This document shows, piece after piece, positions 63,809-64,000 of a DNA stretch of 64,000 bases. The notes beneath the pieces were generated by a model. The model was not told where the DNA came from. It saw only the letters and a list, made by a program, of their open reading frames with translations, and did no database searches. The stretch's first letter is position 1. Every line of letters begins with the position of its first letter. The stretch spans positions 183,520,001 through 183,584,000 of the forward strand of contig NC_042998.1 of the NCBI RefSeq assembly GCF_006345805.1. The letters run 5' to 3'. The DNA is from Octopus sinensis (Eukaryota). The position numbers and the translations under genes are program-made.

Positions 63809-64000
63809 AGACCTTCTATCTATAAATGCTCTAATATCTATACAGCCTTGGTTTTTTATCTTATTACGCAAAAAAAATTCTTATATATATATATGATGGT
63901 TTTCTTTCAGTTTCTGTCTATCAAATCCATTCAGAAAGCTTTGGTCGGCTGAAAGCTATAGTAGAAAACACTTGCTGAAGGTGCCACACAGTGGGACCAA
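63570..64000 (-). mobile_element. CORE-type SINE (family C) with a PLE-type fragment inserted at 63807-63885; runs off the window
   Basis: Homology to 18495-18880 and to 48148-48219. Confidence 0.8.

Overview
AT-rich eukaryotic DNA dense in microsatellites and transposable elements. The repeat repertoire (tRNA-SINEs with (GAT)n tails, CORE-type SINEs, piggyBac MITEs) looks like a coleoid cephalopod, most likely Octopus; this is inferred from sequence style, not from a database hit. I find one convincing host coding exon: minus strand 22421-22929, the first coding exon of a probable LZTS/Fez1-family gene, ending in PPKLAPVSGILTR at a phase-0 donor. No later exon of this gene is recognisable in the 22 kb downstream, so much of the window is probably intron. 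The rest is TE-derived: a Penelope-like element with an inverted end, mariner and Tc1 relics, CR1 and RTE LINE ends, two Helitrons, piggyBac, Merlin-like, hAT and TA-target MITEs, and dozens of SINE copies. Almost all ORFs in the supplied track are spurious. The most interesting signal is RNA-level: about ten minimal type I hammerhead ribozyme motifs from at least five unrelated small repeat families. One family appears to be a tRNA-headed SINE. The three copies with intact cores are all on the + strand, antisense to the LZTS-like gene. Also notable are a 5S rRNA-headed SINE-like chimera, a composite piggyBac MITE carrying captured host DNA, and repeated fold-back junctions. No CRISPR array or prokaryotic system is supported. 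Repeat boundaries were read by eye and are approximate unless stated.
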